A stretch of 52,101 nt of DNA from Octopus bimaculoides (lineage: Eukaryota), in contig NC_068986.1 of the NCBI RefSeq assembly GCF_001194135.2, positions 86,560,714-86,612,814 on the forward strand, written 5' to 3'. Within the stretch, counting starts at the first letter, position 1; each line of letters opens with the position of its first letter. Made by a program: the position numbers and the translations under genes. The notes below the pieces were generated by a model. The model was not told the origin of the DNA. It did not search any database and saw only the letters and a program-made list of their open reading frames with translations. Shown piece by piece: positions 47,497 through 52,101 of the stretch.

Positions 47497-48879
47497 NNNN
47501 NNNNNNNNNNNNNNNNNNNNNNNNNNNNNNNNNNNNNNNNNNNNNNNNNNNNNNNNNNNNNNNNNNNNNNNNNNNNNNNNNNNNNNNNNNNNNNNNNNNN
47601 NNNNNNNNNNNNNNNNNNNNNNNNNNNNNNNNNNNNNNNNNNNNNNNNNNNNNNNNNNNNNNNNNNNNNNNNNNNNNNNNNNNNNNNNNNNNNNNNNNNN
47701 NNNNNNNNNNNNNNNNNNNNNNNNNNNNNNNNNNNNNNNNNNNNNNNNNNNNNNNNNNNNNNNNNNNNNNNNNNNNNNNNNNNNNNNNNNNNNNNNNNNN
47801 NNNNNNNNNNNNNNNNNNNNNNNNNNNNNNNNNNNNNNNNNNNNNNNNNNNNNNNNNNNNNNNNNNNNNNNNNNNNNNNNNNNNNNNNNNNNNNNNNNNN
47901 NNNNNNNNNNNNNNNNNNNNNNNNNNNNNNNNNNNNNNNNNNNNNNNNNNNNNNNNNNNNNNNNNNNNNNNNNNNNNNNNNNNNNNNNNNNNNNNNNNNN
48001 NNNNNNNNNNNNNNNNNNNNNNNNNNNNNNNNNNNNNNNNNNNNNNNNNNNNNNNNNNNNNNNNNNNNNNNNNNNNNNNNNNNNNNNNNNNNNNNNNNNN
48101 NNNNNNNNNNNNNNNNNNNNNNNNNNNNNNNNNNNNNNNNNNNNNNNNNNNNNNNNNNNNNNNNNNNNNNNNNNNNNNNNNNNNNNNNNNNNNNNNNNNN
48201 NNNNNNNNNNNNNNNNNNNNNNNNNNNNNNNNNNNNNNNNNNNNNNNNNNNNNNNNNNNNNAACGGATGAGTTGTATGAAATGAGGTACAAGAAGTGTGA
48301 GGAGTTGAAGATTTAAATTTGTCCCTAGTTTTTGAAAGATGATTATTTAGATGAAAATTTAATCCCATTTTTTTTCAGTGTAATTTTTAAGAGAACATTT
48401 CGTGACGAAAGACTGCGTCACGAGAAAGACCTGTCTAGTCTCTTATTTATTTCCCACCTCCCCACCATCATCATTTATAACACTTGGCTTCTCTTTTCTC
48501 ACATCATCAACCCTTGTTGTTTTACTATAGATATTTCTATGTCAATATTCCCCGTCTTTCATTGATCACTGCTGTAATGGCTCCCTCTCACACCTATCGC
48601 ACCTCACTTGCTTTGAACTATCTCTCTTTCTCTAATTATATCGGTACAACTCTCATTTTTTTACCATGATTTCTGCTCTCATTTTTCCTTGATCCATTCA
48701 CATTAAAATAACCACCAGCGTCAGGAAATGAAACTTTCGATGGACATGCGCCCAGTTCAGAAGGTTTATACTCTCAGTCACTTATATTGTGGAAATAGCT
48801 CCAAACCCAAAGACCTGTAGGAGTTTGGCAGGTCGCAATATATTTGTCATGCTTCGGGCCTTTAACTACGTAATGGAAT

Positions 48880-49315
48880 CGTGGGACACAGGGCATATCT
48901 TGATCACCATCCAGAGGCAGACGTGGATCGTCTTTACCTTCCCAGAACTCAGGGAGGTCGAGGCTTGATCCAGCTTGAACTTACGTACAAAACCACCACA
49001 ATCGGACTGGCCAAATACCTTGATGCAACCAACGATTGGATGCTAAAACTTGTCGAAAAACATGAAAGACCTAAAAAACTTCACTCTATTGTGAAAGAAA
49101 GCAAAACTTCGCTACTGATCTCTTAGATACCTACCGGATTGATCGGGTTGAAAGAAATGCGCCAACTGCTGCTGCAAAGAAAAGAAAATTTATTGCAAAG
49201 ACAAAAGCACATGAAAAATTAGCTAGCAGATGGGAACAGAAACCTCTGCATGGTAAGTATGTGGTCCGTAGCAAAGAAGTTGATGTCGACCAGAAACACA
49301 CGCATCAATGGTTAT
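48880..49315 (+). mobile_element. R4/Dong-like RLE non-LTR element, post-RT fragment (element A)
   Basis: HHPEADVDRLYLPRTQGGRGLIQLELTYKTTTIGLAKYL...LHSIVKES; ...RWEQKPLHGKYVVRSKEVDVDQKHTHQWL. Confidence 0.85.
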
Positions 49316-51282
49316 TCACTGTAATATGTGCGGCAAAGACACACACTTCCCTGGACAGGAATAAATCTACCAAGGGAACAAAAAGGATGAAGGAAGAGTA
49401 GTCAGGGTAGCAAAGATTATCTGGTTTATCATAAAACAGTTTTGAGGCATTGTAGAAAAGATCATACAATCTATGGCTTGGATTCACTTTGCGAAGGCAT
49501 TTTATACGATGCCTCATTCTTGGATCGTTGAATGCCTGCAGATGTTTGGTGCTGCTGACAGCATCACAAATTTTCTGATGCATAGAATAAAAGTGTGGAA
49601 AACCAAATTGTACTCAAGTAATGTATTCCTTGGAAAATTTAATATTAAAAGGGTAATCTTCCAAGGTGACTCATTTTCTCCGTTACTTTTTGTATTCTCA
49701 CTAATACCCATAACAGTGAGACTTGTGGGAAGAAAGCCATCATCTGTTTATAGAGGACCTGAAATTGTTTGGGAAATCTGAAACACAGATAGATTCCTTA
49801 ACCAAAACAGTTCAGAAATGTGGTAGGGACATCGGTATGGAATTTGGTATTACCAGATACTCAATATTTAATATGAAAAGAGGGAAGAAAAAAGTCTGCA
49901 GGGGATTGCAGTTAAAATCAGGAGAGACCATGGGTGAACCCGACGGTAGTGGATATAGATATTAGGGATTTTGGAGCTGGATGACATTCTAGACAGAGAA
50001 ATGAAAGTCAAGGTGAGCGAGGCGTGTAAAAAAAGGTGAAGATGGTGTTAAAACCAATCTGAATGCCAAAAATGTATTACCGGAAAGAATATCTGGACAG
50101 TTGCGGTGGTTAGATATAGTGCATCCATCCTCAGATTGACTAAGAAAGAAATATCAACACTGGATAGAAGGACGAGAAAGTTGATGACGCTGTACGGGGT
50201 GCTACACCTGAAAGCAAACATAAACAGAGGACAAATTAGTATAGACCACTGTGTAAGGAGTAAAAGGAGAACGCTTGCTGAGTTTTTGATAAATAATGAT
50301 GAAGACCTGCTGCGATATGCCGCGAAAGATATGGGTGCAAATGCAGATGAAATGATGGGCAGGGAAGAGTTAAACCAAAGAGCTGAGGAGAAGAGAAAAG
50401 AAGACCCTCTTGAAATGAGAATGCATGGACAGATTGAAAGGAATACACAGAACGTTAAGGATAATACATCATCTTGGGCATGGCTTGAGCGAGGTAATTT
50501 GAAGCGTACTACCGAAAGCCTGATTATTGCTGTACAAGGCTAGGCTCTCGCTACCAATTCAGTGAAGTATGACGTCTATAAATCTTCTGACACCCAGAAA
50601 TGCACACTCTTTGGAAAGTGTAGAAAATATGACCTACTTGGTAAGTAGATGTGAGAGCCTTGCACAAAAACAATACAAGCGCCGCCACGATATAGTGTGT
50701 GTATGTCTTCATTGGCTCTTGTGCCGTAAATACCAATATGAGGTAACAGAGAACTGGTATGAGCATGTACCAAGTAAGTTATGCAGGAGGATGGAAAAGT
50801 ACCGATACTTGCGACTATGATTTTCAGACGGATAGTATAATCTAACACCATCGGCCGGATATTGTCACAGTGAATAAGAGAGACAAATACTGTCAGATCA
50901 TTGATGTAGCTATACCAAATGACATGAATGTTGTGAGTAAAGAGGTTGAGAAAAATCACCAAGTACTCCGAATTGAAAGTGGAAATGGCAAGACTGTATG
51001 GAATGCGAGAGGGTAATGTAAAAGTGATACCAGTGGTGATCAATCTCATTAATCAATTCCATTGATACCATTTGGACTCAATCCCATTAAAATTTCAAAA
51101 CTTCTTAGGGCAACTGGAAATCCCATGCAAGATTGATGTCTTGCAAAAAGCAGCCTTATTTGGCTCAGCGCAGATCTTAAGGAAGGTATTATGTGTCTGA
51201 GGTTCTTGTTGCAACTTGACATATGACTAAAGACTCCAGTGCATTTTTACCTACACTGTGTTACGAAGGAATAATAATAATA

Positions 51283-51356
<74 letters not shown>
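49316..51356 (+). mobile_element. R4/Dong-like RLE non-LTR element (element B): RT, CCHC finger, RLE, 3' UTR and (TAA)n tail; decayed
   Basis: PREQKG*RK; AWIHFAKAFYTMPHSWI; IFQGDSFSPLLF; HHLFIEDLKLF; GYRYLGILE; AVVRYSA; MHGQ..W.WL..G.LK..TESLIIAVQ; ENMTYLVSRCESLA..QYKRRHD; HHRPDI..IIDVAIPND...EK..KYSELK; LQKAALFGSAQILRKVLCV* (stop 51198-51200); (TAA)n 51270-51356. Confidence 0.92.
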
Positions 51357-51357
<1 letters not shown>

Positions 51358-51389
51358 TTAATGAATGCCCTGAAGCAGATTCTCATGAC

Positions 51390-51665
51390 TTCTGATCCTA
51401 ACTTATTGGAAGTGTTATCCTGTACATTGTTTTGTCTTGGTATAAAAGATGGGCTACAGCAAATATTCTGCTCAGAACGACAGATTTGCTTGTCAGTTGT
51501 TTGTCCTTAACCAGTTAAGCATGTCCCAACCTGGCTGACCATATTCGCATCTCTGATCACAGAGAGAAGTCATGGGGGAGTATCATAGCCATCTGTTGAG
51601 AGGGATACTTTGGGGTTTGCATTATTCATCTCAGTTCACATGGGAGTTTCGTTGAACGTCCATTT
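51390..51665. repeat. Unclassified dispersed repeat
   Basis: TTGGTATAAAAGATGGGCTACAGCAAATATTCTGCTC...GATTTGCTTGTCAGTTGTTTG resembles a repeat I recall from octopus DNA; no second copy in this window. Confidence 0.3.
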
Positions 51666-52101
51666 TTGAGCGATATGAAGAAAAATTTAACTAAAATGTC
51701 AAGCGTTGTTTTTCTTGATGTGAGATTACCATGCTGCGCACATATTGTTGTGTTGCATGCGGTATTTTCCATCACCCCCTGATTCTCGAGGGCCCATGCT
51801 AATGCTAGATAGTGCTTCCTCCGACAATGAAGACATGCAGGGAAATTAATAGTACATGAATAAGGTTGCGAAACGGTCGTAATCCTAAGGATGCACTTCG
51901 TTAAATAAACATTCACACCATCTGAGTTTTATCGTCTATGTATATAATACACACACGCACGGACACACAGATATACATAGCATACTTACATAGAAACATA
52001 TATATATATTCTCATGTATGTATACATAATTATACATCTATCATTATATATGTTTGTATTTAAATGGATACATATGAATTTATTAGATATATATATATAT
52101 A

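Noticed and set aside
4160-48368. Long ORFs of 100-360 aa in the track containing X runs or YI/HT/VC/RE/LS dipeptide repeats
   Set aside because: Artefacts of N gaps and dinucleotide or tetranucleotide microsatellites; not genes.
48400-48423. 8-bp perfect stem TCGTGACG/CGTCACGA as a terminator or Helitron hairpin
   Set aside because: No U-tract, no downstream CTRR end, eukaryotic context.
1-52101. CRISPR array or prokaryotic operon
   Set aside because: No repeat-spacer periodicity and no long, gene-dense ORFs; the content is eukaryotic repeat DNA.

Overview
Eukaryotic, AT-rich, repeat-saturated non-coding DNA (intergenic or a very large intron). The SINE families and microsatellite load look like an octopus (coleoid cephalopod) draft scaffold; this is my inference from recognition, not a database result. 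About 6.2 kb (~12%) is N, in 18 gaps, nearly all flanked by TA/CA/TC/ATAA microsatellites. No intact host gene, rRNA, tRNA gene or CRISPR array is supportable, and most listed ORFs are microsatellite or N-run artefacts. The recognisable content is decayed mobile DNA: (i) about 25 tRNA-derived SINE copies or fragments in several families, including an abundant one (here family M) with a CORE-like block, an expandable internal microsatellite, a Deu/Nin-like module and a LINE-type tail, plus a Deu/Nin-domain family and CORE-like SINEs; (ii) a ~2 kb decayed Penelope-like element (RT + GIY-YIG); (iii) CR1-clade LINE fragments; (iv) RLE-encoding non-LTR elements, including a 2.5 kb R4/Dong-like composite ending in (TAA)n; (v) mariner remnants and a mariner-derived MITE. 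The best observations concern element relationships: a CR1-clade LINE 3' end sharing its tail with family M (SINE/LINE partner pair), a SINE nested with an 11-bp TSD, a 59-bp block present in inverted form 5 kb away between 10-bp direct repeats, an 83-bp inverted LINE duplication, and an unexplained ~146-bp hairpin. I see no convincing evidence for a novel protein-coding system.
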